Source of the DNA: Faecalibaculum rodentium
GTDB lineage: Bacteria > Bacillota_I > Bacilli_A > Erysipelotrichales > Erysipelotrichaceae
Length of the DNA: 32,000 bases
Assembly (NCBI RefSeq): GCF_001564455.1
Contig: NZ_CP011391.1
Coordinates: 1,470,001 to 1,502,000, forward strand
Direction of reading: 5' to 3'
The notes beneath the pieces are model-generated. The model was given only the letters and a program-made list of their open reading frames with translations. It had not been told where the DNA came from and ran no database searches. Shown here one piece after another: positions 31,961 to 32,000 of the stretch. The first letter of the stretch is position 1, and every line of letters begins with the position of its first letter. A program made the translations under genes and the position numbers.

Positions 31961-31996
31961 CCTGGAAAGCCAGGAATGTATTCCTGGCTTTCCAGG
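31961..31996 (-). terminator. Long perfect hairpin upstream of srtC (terminator or attenuator of the gene beyond the right edge)
   Basis: CCTGGAAAGCCAGGAAT/ATTCCTGGCTTTCCAGG forms 15-17 bp of perfect palindrome, followed on the minus strand by CTTTGCTG. Confidence 0.5.
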
Positions 31997-32000
31997 CCGA

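Noticed and set aside
1-32000. Scan for tRNA, rRNA, tmRNA and CRISPR arrays
   Set aside because: I found no cloverleaf-compatible GTTCGAATC/T-loop contexts, no rRNA-like conserved strings, and no regularly spaced direct repeats of 24-40 nt.

Overview
This is a 32-kb chromosomal segment, moderately GC-rich by eye. Its gene content looks Firmicutes-like: class C sortase plus pilin, MetH with a separate activation-domain protein, a YitJ-type HMT-MTHFR fusion, FeoA-FeoA-FeoB plus a FeoB-associated Cys-rich peptide, and infC-rpmI-rplT with a leader attenuator. Most real genes are on the minus strand. Housekeeping blocks: rumA-like methyltransferase, two GNATs, htpG, deoC, manA, an RmlD-like SDR, feo, the ribosomal-protein operon and the methionine-synthase operon. 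They are interrupted by an accessory island of about 7.7 kb (roughly 11359-19065). The island holds an IS-end remnant, an RHH/RelE toxin-antitoxin pair, a decayed group IIC intron sitting just after an intrinsic terminator and itself split by an IS3-family element, a DUF2812-type membrane protein with a hyper-acidic N-terminal extension, a 60-aa membrane peptide, and an IS110-family element with a long non-coding left end. A second poorly coding stretch (about 22100-23300) lies between feo and rplT. A sortase-dependent pilus locus runs off the right edge. I saw no rRNA, tRNA or CRISPR array. Many of the longest ORFs in the supplied track are antisense shadows of real genes. One real gene (1-1198, minus) is missing from the track because it is open at the window edge. 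I found no convincing new multi-gene system. The best leads are the candidate IS110 bridge RNA, the acidic DUF2812 protein plus small membrane peptide unit, the structured tail of the IS3 element, the ORFan region at 22.1-23.3 kb, an orphan EIIB fusion protein and a pilin with a non-LPXTG sorting signal. All homology calls come from reading the translations and from memory of family motifs; no searches were run.
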